Below, in pieces: positions 11,215-18,545 of a stretch of DNA of 64,000 bases (position 1 is the stretch's first letter; every line of letters starts with the position of its first letter). This DNA comes from Eubacteriales bacterium (GTDB lineage Bacteria > Bacillota > Clostridia > Oscillospirales > RGIG5299), in contig JAZNEJ010000008.1 in assembly GCA_045588575.1 (NCBI GenBank), forward strand, positions 261,492 to 325,491, written 5' to 3'. The notes beneath the pieces are model-generated. The model was given only the letters and a program-made list of their open reading frames with translations, was not told the DNA's origin and ran no database searches. Made by a program: the position numbers and the translations under genes.

Positions 11215-11691
11215 ATGTTTAACGTCAGGCTTGTTTGCATAGGAAAGCTTAAAGAAAAATATTTAACCGATGCCGTTAAGGAATATGAAAAGCGGCTCAC
11301 GGCTTATGCAAAATTTGAAATAGTTGAGCTTAAAGAAAGCTTTTTGCCCGAAAATCCGAGCGAAAAGGAAATTAAAGCGGCGCTTTCAAAGGAAGCGGCG
11401 GATATTATAAAAGCTTGCGACGGAAGCAAGATAATTTTGCTTGCAATTGAGGGTAAAATAATTTCTTCCGAGGAATTATCCGAAAAAATTGCAAAGCTCG
11501 GCGAAACGGGATTTTCGTCAATTTCCTTCGTAATCGGCTCTTCTTTCGGAATAGACGAGGAATTAAAGAAAAAGCACGATAAAATTTCAATGTCGAAAAT
11601 GACTTTTCCGCATCAGCTTGCAAGAGTAATGGTTTGCGAGCAAATTTATAGAGCTTTTTCAATTTTAAATAACGGCAAATATCATAAATGA
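11215..11691 (+). CDS. rlmH: 23S rRNA (pseudouridine1915-N3)-methyltransferase RlmH
   Basis: 158 aa, SPOUT family. The C-terminus FVIGSSFG..SKMTFPHQLARVMVCEQIYRA is typical of RlmH. Confidence 0.9.
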   Translation: MFNVRLVCIGKLKEKYLTDAVKEYEKRLTAYAKFEIVELKESFLPENPSEKEIKAALSKEAADIIKACDGSKIILLAIEGKIISSEELSEKIAKLGETGFSSISFVIGSSFGIDEELKKKHDKISMSKMTFPHQLARVMVCEQIYRAFSILNNGKYHK

Positions 11692-11699
11692 GGTGCATT

Positions 11700-11954
11700 A
11701 TGGAACATATTTACCGCCCCAGAGGCGTTTGCACGAGAGAAATGCGAATAACGGTTTCCGACGGTGTTGTTAAAAGCGTTATAATGCTCGGCGGCTGCCA
11801 AGGAAACACAAAAGGAATTTCAAAGCTCGTTGAAGGAATGAAAGTTTCCGACGTAATTGAGCGTCTTTCGGGCATAACCTGCGGCTTTAAGCCCACATCG
11901 TGCCCAAATGAGCTTGCAAAAGCATTAAAAGAGATAACGGAGGCCGAAAAATGA
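11700..11954 (+). CDS. Small TSCPD-domain protein (TIGR03905-like, function unknown)
   Basis: GGCQGNTKGISKL..GITCGFKPTSCPNELAKAL matches the small Cys-containing TSCPD family as I recall it. The ATG at 11700 follows a GAGGTG Shine-Dalgarno (SD) sequence. Confidence 0.6.
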   Translation: MEHIYRPRGVCTREMRITVSDGVVKSVIMLGGCQGNTKGISKLVEGMKVSDVIERLSGITCGFKPTSCPNELAKALKEITEAEK

Positions 11955-13654
11955 ACTATCTTGAAAACTATAAAAAGTGGCTTGAATCAGATGCGGTAGA
12001 TGCCGCCACCAAAGAGGAGCTTTTGAAAATTAAAGATGACGAAAACGAGCTTATAATGCGCTTTTCCGACATAATGCCCTTCGGAACGGCAGGGCAAAGA
12101 GGCGTTATGGGTGCGGGCCTTAACCGTCTTAACCTTTACACCGTGCGCTACACCACCAAAGCGCTTGCAAACCTCATAATAAAAGAGGGAAAAGAAGCGA
12201 TGAAAAAGGGTGTTGTAATAGCTTTTGACTGTCGCATAAATTCCAAGGAATTCGGTTTTGCCGCCGCCGAAATTTTAGCATCAAACGGCATTAACGTAAT
12301 GATTTTTAACGAAATAACTCCCACTCCCGTTCTTTCCTACACCATAAGAAAAACGGGCGCAATAGCGGGTATTAACATAACGGCAAGCCATAATCCTCCT
12401 GAATATAACGGCTATAAGGTTTATTGGTCAAACGGCGCTCAAATGCCGCCCGACCACGCCGCTGAGGTTGCAAACGAGCTTAAAGTTTTAGATATTTTTG
12501 AAGATTGCAAGATAGAAAAAACCGAAAAAAGCGGCAAAATTAAAATTTTGAACACCAAATATGAAAAGCTTTTCTGTAAAGAGGTTTTAAAAAGAAGCAT
12601 AAATCATAAGGCGGCAAAGGAAACCTCCTTAGAGGTTTATTACTCTCCGCTTCACGGAACGGGACTTCGCGCAGTGCCTGCGGTTTTGAAAAAAATCGGC
12701 GTTAAGGTAAACTGTGTTGAGGAACAAATGGTGCCCGACGGCTATTTTACCACCGTTTCTTCGCCTAATCCCGAAAACGTTTCGGCATTTGAATTATCGG
12801 TTAAAAAGGCGGAGAAAAAGGGAAGTAAGGCAGACCTTTTAGTAGCAACCGACCCCGATGCCGACAGAATAGGCGTAATGGTAAAGCATAACGGCGAATA
12901 CGTTGCTTTAAACGGCAATCAAACCGGCGTTTTGCTTCTTTACTATATAATTTCGGCAAAAAAAGAAAAGGGAAAGCTTCCAAAAAATGCGGGAGCCGTT
13001 TCAACAATTGTTTCAACTCCTCTTGCCGAGCAAATTGCAATTAAAAACGGCGTAAAATTTGCATCAACCTTCACCGGATTTAAGTTTATTGCCGAGCAAA
13101 TCGACGAATGGCTCGGAAAAACGAAATTCATCTTCGGCTTCGAGGAAAGCTTCGGCTATATGGTGGGCGACTATGCGCGAGATAAAGACTCAATAGGCGC
13201 CGCAATGATGGTTTGCGAAGCCGCGGCGTATTATAAAAAGAGCGGCAAAACGTTAATTGATGTTTTAAACGGCATCTATGAAGAATACGGATATTACGGC
13301 GAAACCACCGATAATATAATGATGAAGGGCATAGACGGAGCCGAAAAAACCAAAAAGCTTATGGAAACTCTCCGAGGCGATATAACCGAAATCGGCGGCG
13401 AGAAGATAGTTAAAATTGCCGACTACAAGACGGGTGAGATTAAAGACGTCAAAACGGGCAAAACCGAGCCTACGGGAATGGAAAGCTCCGACGTTTTGAA
13501 GTTTTTCACCAAAAACGGCTCTGCAATTTGCGTGCGTCCTTCGGGCACCGAGCCCAAGGTTAAGGTTTATTATCTCATTAAGGGCAAGGACGAAAAAACC
13601 TGCAAAAAGCTCACTGAAAAGATGAAAAAAGATATAGATTCATTGGTAAAATAA
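11951..13654 (+). CDS. Phosphoglucomutase/phosphomannomutase family phospho-sugar mutase
   Basis: 567 aa. Active-site serine loop ITASHNPPEYNGYK, metal loop ATDPDADR, and GFEESFG. Confidence 0.9.
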   Translation: MNYLENYKKWLESDAVDAATKEELLKIKDDENELIMRFSDIMPFGTAGQRGVMGAGLNRLNLYTVRYTTKALANLIIKEGKEAMKKGVVIAFDCRINSKEFGFAAAEILASNGINVMIFNEITPTPVLSYTIRKTGAIAGINITASHNPPEYNGYKVYWSNGAQMPPDHAAEVANELKVLDIFEDCKIEKTEKSGKIKILNTKYEKLFCKEVLKRSINHKAAKETSLEVYYSPLHGTGLRAVPAVLKKIGVKVNCVEEQMVPDGYFTTVSSPNPENVSAFELSVKKAEKKGSKADLLVATDPDADRIGVMVKHNGEYVALNGNQTGVLLLYYIISAKKEKGKLPKNAGAVSTIVSTPLAEQIAIKNGVKFASTFTGFKFIAEQIDEWLGKTKFIFGFEESFGYMVGDYARDKDSIGAAMMVCEAAAYYKKSGKTLIDVLNGIYEEYGYYGETTDNIMMKGIDGAEKTKKLMETLRGDITEIGGEKIVKIADYKTGEIKDVKTGKTEPTGMESSDVLKFFTKNGSAICVRPSGTEPKVKVYYLIKGKDEKTCKKLTEKMKKDIDSLVK

Positions 13655-13662
13655 ATAAAAAT

Positions 13663-13687
13663 CCGTCCGTTTATAATAGACGGACGG
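13663..13687 (+). terminator. Hairpin after the mutase gene (weak terminator or processing structure just 5' of the tRNA)
   Basis: CCGTCCG (13663-13669) pairs with CGGACGG (13681-13687) around an 11-nt loop. Only a weak T-run follows. Confidence 0.4.
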
Positions 13688-13693
13688 CAATTT

Positions 13694-13770
13694 CCGCCGT
13701 TAGCTCAGTTGGATAGAGCGTTGGATTCCGATTCCAAAGGCCGGGGGTTCAACTCCTCTACGGCGGGCCA
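13694..13770 (+). tRNA. tRNA-Arg (anticodon CCG), CCA encoded
   Basis: Folded by hand: acceptor CCGCCGT/ACGGCGG; D-arm GCTC-AGTTGGATA-GAGC; anticodon arm TTGGA-TTCCGAT-TCCAA (CCG at positions 34-36); variable loop AGGCC; T-arm GGGGG-TTCAACT-CCTCT (two G.U pairs); discriminator G; CCA. Confidence 0.9.
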
Positions 13771-13806
13771 AAAAATAACCAAGCCCACGGGGTTTGGTTA
13801 TTTTTA
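13771..13806 (+). terminator. Rho-independent terminator T1 (bidirectional type) after tRNA-Arg(CCG)
   Basis: An A-run, then AATAACCAAGCCC-ACG-GGGTTTGGTTATT (13-bp stem with one G.U pair), then TTT. Confidence 0.8.
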
Positions 13807-13957
13807 ATTTAAGCAAAGCTTAAAAAGAGGAGTTGAACTGTGAATGGGAGCGAGGGTGAGAAAACGAAACCGAGCGACAGAGGAACAGTCCTGCGGACTG
13901 TTACGACATTCACCCAAAGGAGCTTGCGACTGCGATAGACTCCTCTACGGCGGGCCA

Positions 13958-13990
13958 AAAAAAGCAAGCCCGAAGCGGCTTGCTTTTTGT
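13958..13990 (+). terminator. Terminator T2 after module 1 (a different hairpin in the same position)
   Basis: An A-run, then AGCAAGCC-CGAAGC-GGCTTGCT, then TTTT. Confidence 0.75.
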
Positions 13991-14144
13991 TTGGTTTATG
14001 CCTGCTTAAAATGAGGAGTTGAACTGTGAATGGGAGCGAGGGTGAGAAAACGAGACCGAGCGACAGAGTAACAGTCCTGTGGACTGTTACGACATTCACC
14101 CAAAGGAGCGTTGCGACTGCGATAGACTCCTCTACGGCGGGCCA

Positions 14145-14180
14145 AAAAATAACCAAGCCCACGGGGTTTGGTTATTTTTA
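14145..14180 (+). terminator. Terminator T1 copy after module 2
   Basis: Identical to 13771-13806. Confidence 0.8.
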
Positions 14181-14331
14181 ATTTAAGCAAAGCTTAAAAA
14201 GAGGAGTTGAACTGTGAATGGGAGCGAGGGTGAGAAAACGAGACCGAGCGACAGAGAAACAGTCCTGTGGACTGTTACGACATTCACCCAAAGGAGCTTG
14301 CGACTGCGATAGACTCCTCTACGGCGGGCCA

Positions 14332-14366
14332 AAAAATAACCAAGCCCACGGGGTTTGGTTATTTTA
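14332..14366 (+). terminator. Terminator T1 copy after module 3
   Basis: Same hairpin as 13771-13806, with a T-run one nt shorter. Confidence 0.8.
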
Positions 14367-14465
14367 ATTTAAGAACGATTAAAAAGAGGAGTTGAAATTT
14401 ACTGTCATTTTTAATAAAAAAACACTGCATTTTTTGTAATAGGTTACAAAATAACCGCATAAATC

Positions 14466-14494
14466 TTGACATGTAATTTTAAACGATGTATTAT
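14466..14494 (+). promoter_or_regulatory. Sigma-A type promoter of the GntR-ABC operon
   Basis: TTGACA (14466-14471), a 17-nt spacer, then TATTAT (14489-14494). Confidence 0.6.
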
Positions 14495-14515
14495 TGTATT
14501 AATAAAACAATACAA
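14494..14515 (+). promoter_or_regulatory. Inverted repeat TTGTATT-N8-AATACAA, candidate GntR/YtrA-type operator
   Basis: Perfect 7-bp arms that overlap the -10 box and lie upstream of the regulator's own gene. The GT..AC core resembles GntR-family operators. Confidence 0.45.
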
Positions 14516-14534
14516 ACGAAAGGAGATAAAAGCA

Positions 14535-14900
14535 ATGTCGTGGCAATTTAACGGAACGCAGGCGGTATATATACAAATTGCCGATAAACTGCGTCGCGAC
14601 ATAGTAGGCGGAAAATACCCGCCCGACACTCAGGTTCCAACGGTAAGACAGCTCGCTTTTGATGCATCGGTAAACCCCAACACAATGCAAAGAGCGTTAT
14701 CGCTTCTTGAAGAAGAAGGGCTTTTGATTTCAAGAGGCGCAATGGGAAGATTCGTTGTATCGGAGCCTTGCATTCTTGAAAATGCAAGAAAAAAGATTTG
14801 CATTGAAACCGTAAACCGTTTTTGTTCCGAGGCAAAAGCGCTGGGTCTTTCACGCTCGGAGCTTATCGACTGTATTAAGGAGGCAGAAATTTATGGATGA
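14535..14900 (+). CDS. GntR-family transcriptional regulator, short YtrA-like subfamily
   Basis: 121 aa from the ATG at 14535, which follows AAAGGAG. Winged-HTH sequence VPTVRQLAFDASVNPNTMQRALSLLEEEGLL. The track start at 14466 lies inside the promoter. Confidence 0.85.
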   Translation: MSWQFNGTQAVYIQIADKLRRDIVGGKYPPDTQVPTVRQLAFDASVNPNTMQRALSLLEEEGLLISRGAMGRFVVSEPCILENARKKICIETVNRFCSEAKALGLSRSELIDCIKEAEIYG

Positions 14901-15606
14901 ATTTGTTTTAGTTTGTAAAGACCTTTGCAAAAGCTATAAAGAACCCGTTTTAAAAAATCTGAACGTAAAGTTGCCAAGCGGCAAAATAATCGGATTTTTA
15001 GGTCCTAACGGCTGCGGAAAATCAACCTTTATGAAGCTCGTTACGGGACTTTTGGTACCCGATAGCGGAGAAATATACGTTTGCGGCGAAGAAAGAAGCG
15101 AAAAAACCAACGCATATTTTTCATATCTTCCCGAGAGAACTTATTTCAGCGGCGGAATGAAGGTTTCTGAGCTTATAGAATATTTTTCAAATTTCTATTC
15201 CGATTTCGATAGCGATATCGCAAAAAATATGATGGCGGATCTCGGAATAGAGCTTTCGGCAAAGCTCAAAACACTTTCAAAAGGCACAAAAGAAAAAGTG
15301 CAGCTCATTATGGTAATGGCGCGCCGAGCAAAGATTTATCTTCTCGACGAACCCATCGCCGGAGTTGACCCTGCGGCAAGAGATTATATCCTTAAAACTA
15401 TTATAGGAAACTATAATCCCGAGGCGTCGGTTGTTATTACAACTCACTTGATTCATGATATTGAGCCCGTTTTGGATGAATTTGTCTTTATGGGTAATGG
15501 CGGCGAAATAATTATGTCGGGCAATGCCGACGAGGCCAGGGAAAAGCACGGAAAATCACTTGACGGTATCTTCAAGGAGGTGTTCGCATGTTCAAAAAAT
15601 TGCTGA
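14893..15606 (+). CDS. ABC transporter ATP-binding protein
   Basis: Walker A GPNGCGKST, signature LSKGTKEKV, Walker B IYLLDEP. Confidence 0.9.
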   Translation: MDEFVLVCKDLCKSYKEPVLKNLNVKLPSGKIIGFLGPNGCGKSTFMKLVTGLLVPDSGEIYVCGEERSEKTNAYFSYLPERTYFSGGMKVSELIEYFSNFYSDFDSDIAKNMMADLGIELSAKLKTLSKGTKEKVQLIMVMARRAKIYLLDEPIAGVDPAARDYILKTIIGNYNPEASVVITTHLIHDIEPVLDEFVFMGNGGEIIMSGNADEAREKHGKSLDGIFKEVFACSKNC

Positions 15607-16457
15607 AATACGATAAAAAAGCGGTCTCAAAGCTTTGGTGGATAGGCGCTTTAATTTCGTTTGGCTCAGCGTTAATTTCCGCCTTCCTTTTCAGATTTGT
15701 TCTACCCATTCTTGAATCAAACATCCAAGATGATTTTATTCAAACGATTTCAGGACTTGGAATAACAGCGGCGATTCTTAGCCTTGTAACCGTTTTTTCC
15801 GCTGGAATTTTCACCGAGGTTTTGCTTTTTATAAGATTTTATAAGCATTTTTTCACCGATGAAGGCTATTTAACCTTTACGTTGCCGGTAAAAAGAAGCA
15901 CTCTTTTGCTTTCGAAAACTGTAAATGCGGCAATATGGAATCTTGCTCATTTCGGGGTAATATTGGCTGCAATGGTTTTGTTTGCAATAATTGCAATTCC
16001 GCCTGAGCCGAACGGTCCGTTTTTCAATTTAATAGTATTTGAAACAATCGGAGCACTTTTGTCGTTTTCTTGGGAGACAATAGGCGGATGGCTTATAGTT
16101 TACATTGCCGAAGGCTTTCTTTTTCTTTTTGTTTCTTTGATATTTTCAATAATACTCATCCAATTTTGCATAACTTTCGGCTCGACTGTTGTAAAAAGAG
16201 CAAAGCTTATATTGTCAATAGGAATTTACTATGCAATTTCTTCAACTCTTGCATCAATAAGTCAGTTTATGATGTTTACTTTCGGCGGCGTTTTGTTCGG
16301 CGGCATAGTCGACTTTATGGAAGATGCAACTCAAAACCAAATTTGTGCGGCATATGCCTGCCTGTTTTTGTCAATAATCGCCGCTTTTGCCGTAATATCG
16401 GCGGTTTTATACGCCATAACGCAATATATGCTTGACCGCAAGCTTAATTTGGCATAA
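15588..16457 (+). CDS. Polytopic membrane protein, probable ABC-2-type permease partner
   Basis: 289 aa with about 6 hydrophobic helices. It overlaps the ATPase gene by 19 nt (translational coupling). Confidence 0.7.
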   Translation: MFKKLLKYDKKAVSKLWWIGALISFGSALISAFLFRFVLPILESNIQDDFIQTISGLGITAAILSLVTVFSAGIFTEVLLFIRFYKHFFTDEGYLTFTLPVKRSTLLLSKTVNAAIWNLAHFGVILAAMVLFAIIAIPPEPNGPFFNLIVFETIGALLSFSWETIGGWLIVYIAEGFLFLFVSLIFSIILIQFCITFGSTVVKRAKLILSIGIYYAISSTLASISQFMMFTFGGVLFGGIVDFMEDATQNQICAAYACLFLSIIAAFAVISAVLYAITQYMLDRKLNLA

Positions 16458-16469
16458 GGAGGAAGTATT

Positions 16470-17492
16470 ATGAAAAAACGTTATATTAAAATATTTTCAT
16501 TTATTCTTTGTCTTATTATGCTTTTGGGATTTTCCGCTCTTGCCGTAGCGGCAGCAGATTCATACACACCTGTTGTATGGCAAATGGACGATAACTTAGA
16601 GACCCTTTACGGTAACGGCAAAAGATACGATGCTTATTATACCGAAAAATCGTATTATACAGATCCAAAAACGGAATTTATTTTTATGAATGATCTTTAC
16701 TTCAAAAATACGAGATATTCATTTTTGGGTAATTCTGCCGAACCCAGCATTTTATTTGCTATCGATGGCGAGGGTTACGGTCATATTTTCGTGAATGCCG
16801 AAGGAAAAAAATCTTTAGATGCTTTTTTCGACAAAACGGATGTAATCTATTATCTTGAAAAAAATTTGGAACAGGTTGAAATTTCAGAAGAAACCGTGAA
16901 TTATTTGGATTCGGAATATAAAAACCCGAATGCAAACTTTGAAACGGTTAACGTAACCGAACTTAAAAACGGAAAAATTTATGATATAACAATGCGCGAT
17001 AGAACCGAAACGGTTGCCTGTGAGCACGGCGCAATTTACGTTATGCAAAACGGAAAATATTATTACGTTTGCTTTGAAAATCTCGATAACAGCTATTTCA
17101 GCGCTGACGGATTTTTTTCATACAGATCGGGAAGCGTTAAAGCATATATTCTTGACGACGAAACCTGCGCAATAATAAATACGGTTATAGATTCGCTTGA
17201 ATACAGATATACCACAACGACTTTCGAATGGGACGTTGTAAACGGTTTTTACGATATTTTCGGCGACCCCATTTACGGAAATTGGTTTACCGTGAATGAA
17301 GGCATGAGCTTATTTTTCTTCGTTATCAGTCTTTTCGGAATTGTTATTCCGTGCGTAACGCTTGTTTTGAGCCTGATATTTGCAAACGCCAAGAAAACGG
17401 GAAAAGCGAAATGCTGGATTGCCGTTTCGGCGTCTTCGGGCCTTTGCATAATCTCAACCGTCATTTTCTTGATTTTAGTTTTGGTTAAATAA
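16470..17492 (+). CDS. Exported protein with a C-terminal double TM anchor, unknown function
   Basis: 340 aa. Signal peptide ending ALAVAAA, a Tyr/Asp-rich extracellular part, and two C-terminal TM helices. No family recognised. Confidence 0.65.
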   Translation: MKKRYIKIFSFILCLIMLLGFSALAVAAADSYTPVVWQMDDNLETLYGNGKRYDAYYTEKSYYTDPKTEFIFMNDLYFKNTRYSFLGNSAEPSILFAIDGEGYGHIFVNAEGKKSLDAFFDKTDVIYYLEKNLEQVEISEETVNYLDSEYKNPNANFETVNVTELKNGKIYDITMRDRTETVACEHGAIYVMQNGKYYYVCFENLDNSYFSADGFFSYRSGSVKAYILDDETCAIINTVIDSLEYRYTTTTFEWDVVNGFYDIFGDPIYGNWFTVNEGMSLFFFVISLFGIVIPCVTLVLSLIFANAKKTGKAKCWIAVSASSGLCIISTVIFLILVLVK

Positions 17493-17513
17493 AAAATTTA
17501 TTATCAAAAAAAC

Positions 17514-17541
17514 AGAAAACCACCCAATCGGGTGGTTTTCT
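17514..17541. terminator. Bidirectional terminator hairpin
   Basis: AGAAAACCACCC-AATC-GGGTGGTTTTCT (12-bp stem), with A-runs upstream and a T-containing arm. It sits between the 16470 gene end and the outermost tRNA 3'-end copy. Confidence 0.75.
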
Positions 17542-17582
17542 TGGCGCACTTTAAGGGACTACTGCTCGCCTGCGGGCTCGGT
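17542..17582 (-). repeat. Outermost copy of the tRNA-Arg(ACG) 3' end (19 nt) plus about 22 nt of the module core arm (truncated module, att-like junction)
   Basis: TGGCGCACTTTAAGGGACT at 17542-17560 is identical to 19941-19959 and 20102-20120. The adjacent ACTGCTCGCCTGCGGGCTCGG resembles GCTGCTCGCCCCAAGGGCTCGG at 19960-19981. Confidence 0.85.
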
Positions 17583-17591
17583 TTGGCGCAA

Positions 17592-17768
17592 AGCGATGCC
17601 AGAACTGATATTTATGCCGTTGGCGTTTTGCTTAACGTAATGCTAACGGGAAAGCATCCGAGCGAAAAACTGGCAGATGGCAAAGCGGGTAAAATAGTGC
17701 GAAAATGCACCGCTATAAACCCCAATGAACGTTATCAATCGGCAAAAAATCTTGCAGCTGCATTATAG
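17592..17768 (+). pseudogene. 3' fragment of a Hanks-type Ser/Thr protein kinase gene (catalytic subdomains IX-XI only)
   Basis: The translation DARTDIYAVGVLLNVMLTGKHP...CTAINPNERYQSAKNLAAAL matches the kinase C-lobe. The N-terminal ~200 aa are absent and the frame runs into the repeat junction. Confidence 0.75.
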
Positions 17769-17774
17769 TAAAAA

Positions 17775-17808
17775 AGCCTTGCGTAAAAGCAAGGCTCTTT
17801 CTTTTTTC
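17775..17808 (+). terminator. Rho-independent terminator
   Basis: AGCCTTGC-GTAAAA-GCAAGGCT followed by CTTTCTTTTTT. Confidence 0.75.
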
Positions 17809-17843
17809 ATAAATTTACAAAAAGGCAAGAAAAGTGCTGTAAT

Positions 17844-17872
17844 TTGACATATATAGTTAAAAGTAGTATAAT
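17844..17872 (+). promoter_or_regulatory. Consensus sigma-A promoter
   Basis: TTGACA (17844-17849), a 17-nt spacer, then TATAAT (17867-17872). Confidence 0.65.
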
Positions 17873-17902
17873 ATTTAAAATTTTTAACGAGAAGGGTTTA
17901 TT

Positions 17903-18490
17903 ATGGGATTGTTAACTAGCCTCATTATAAAAGGAGTTACTACAGCAGCAGCCAAGTCAACGATTAAAACTGTAGGGAAAACTGCTATAGAGGTCATAGA
18001 CGCAAAATCGAAAAGCGAGGCACAAAAAGATAATTCGGTTGTAAAAAATGGTATATTACACATAAAACCACCTCATCCAAGCGAGGAATATCTTGATAAA
18101 AACGCTTTAGATGTTTCAATAGAGTTGTTAGGCGTTGGTTTTGAAAGTGTTGAATTAAAAGCCGTAAAAAAGCTTGGAGAGCGTGGAATAAATAAATACG
18201 GAAATGTTCGCTCAATTTCTATCAACGGAGACAAAGACTTTTTTGGAATAAGAAAAGTTCCTGCGTCATCTCATATTGTTATCGAGTTCCTTGATTTCAA
18301 GGATGGGTTAAATCCTGAAACTTATACTAAAGTTAAGCGATTAAAAACAGGTAAAATATGTAGCATTAATGATTTAGAAGATAAAAGCAACAATATTAGT
18401 AATGCTAAACGATATTGCATATATTGTGGAGAACCTATAACAAATGGAAACGCAAAATTTTGTTTTGCGTGCGGGAAAGCAATAAACTAA
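17903..18490 (+). CDS. Hypothetical protein with a C-terminal zinc-ribbon
   Basis: 195 aa. The C-terminus is CIYCGEPITNGNAKFCFACGKAI (CxxC-N11-CxxC). No family is recognised for the rest. Confidence 0.6.
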   Translation: MGLLTSLIIKGVTTAAAKSTIKTVGKTAIEVIDAKSKSEAQKDNSVVKNGILHIKPPHPSEEYLDKNALDVSIELLGVGFESVELKAVKKLGERGINKYGNVRSISINGDKDFFGIRKVPASSHIVIEFLDFKDGLNPETYTKVKRLKTGKICSINDLEDKSNNISNAKRYCIYCGEPITNGNAKFCFACGKAIN

Positions 18491-18545
18491 AAAGTCGCAA
18501 ACAATTTCTCGCAGTTGTGTTATAATTTTAAAAGAAGGTATTATA

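Larger units (their letters stand above)
13752..14396 (+). repeat. Tandem array of three tRNA-Arg(CCG)-linked modules with an exact 187-bp period, plus a terminal partial module
   Basis: The 19-mer ACTCCTCTACGGCGGGCCA occurs at 13752, 13939, 14126 and 14313. The antisense T-arm (A)GAGGAGTTGAA(C) occurs at 13826, 14013, 14200 and 14385. The 112/113-nt cores are near-identical. Confidence 0.95.

Noticed and set aside
13826-13957. The module as a tRNA pseudogene or tRNA-like gene
   Set aside because: Only the 3' 19 nt match the tRNA. There is no 5' acceptor strand, D-arm or 7-nt anticodon loop with U33, and the internal hairpins have the wrong loop sizes or sequences.
13809-14190. Minus-strand ORFs of 117 aa and 64 aa (13809..14162, 13996..14190) running through the tRNA-linked array
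   Set aside because: They are internally repetitive translations of the 187-bp repeat and read antisense through terminator hairpins. They have no SD sequence or start context. They are artefacts of the tandem repeat.
13752-14396. CRISPR array interpretation of the regular repeats
   Set aside because: The whole 187-bp unit repeats, so there are no unique spacers. The conserved 19-mer is tRNA-derived, each unit carries a terminator, and there are no cas genes.
16070-16435. 121-aa plus-strand ORF in an alternative frame inside the ABC permease gene
   Set aside because: It is fully nested in the permease frame, which shows clear TM-helix periodicity. The product is Arg/Cys-rich and implausible.
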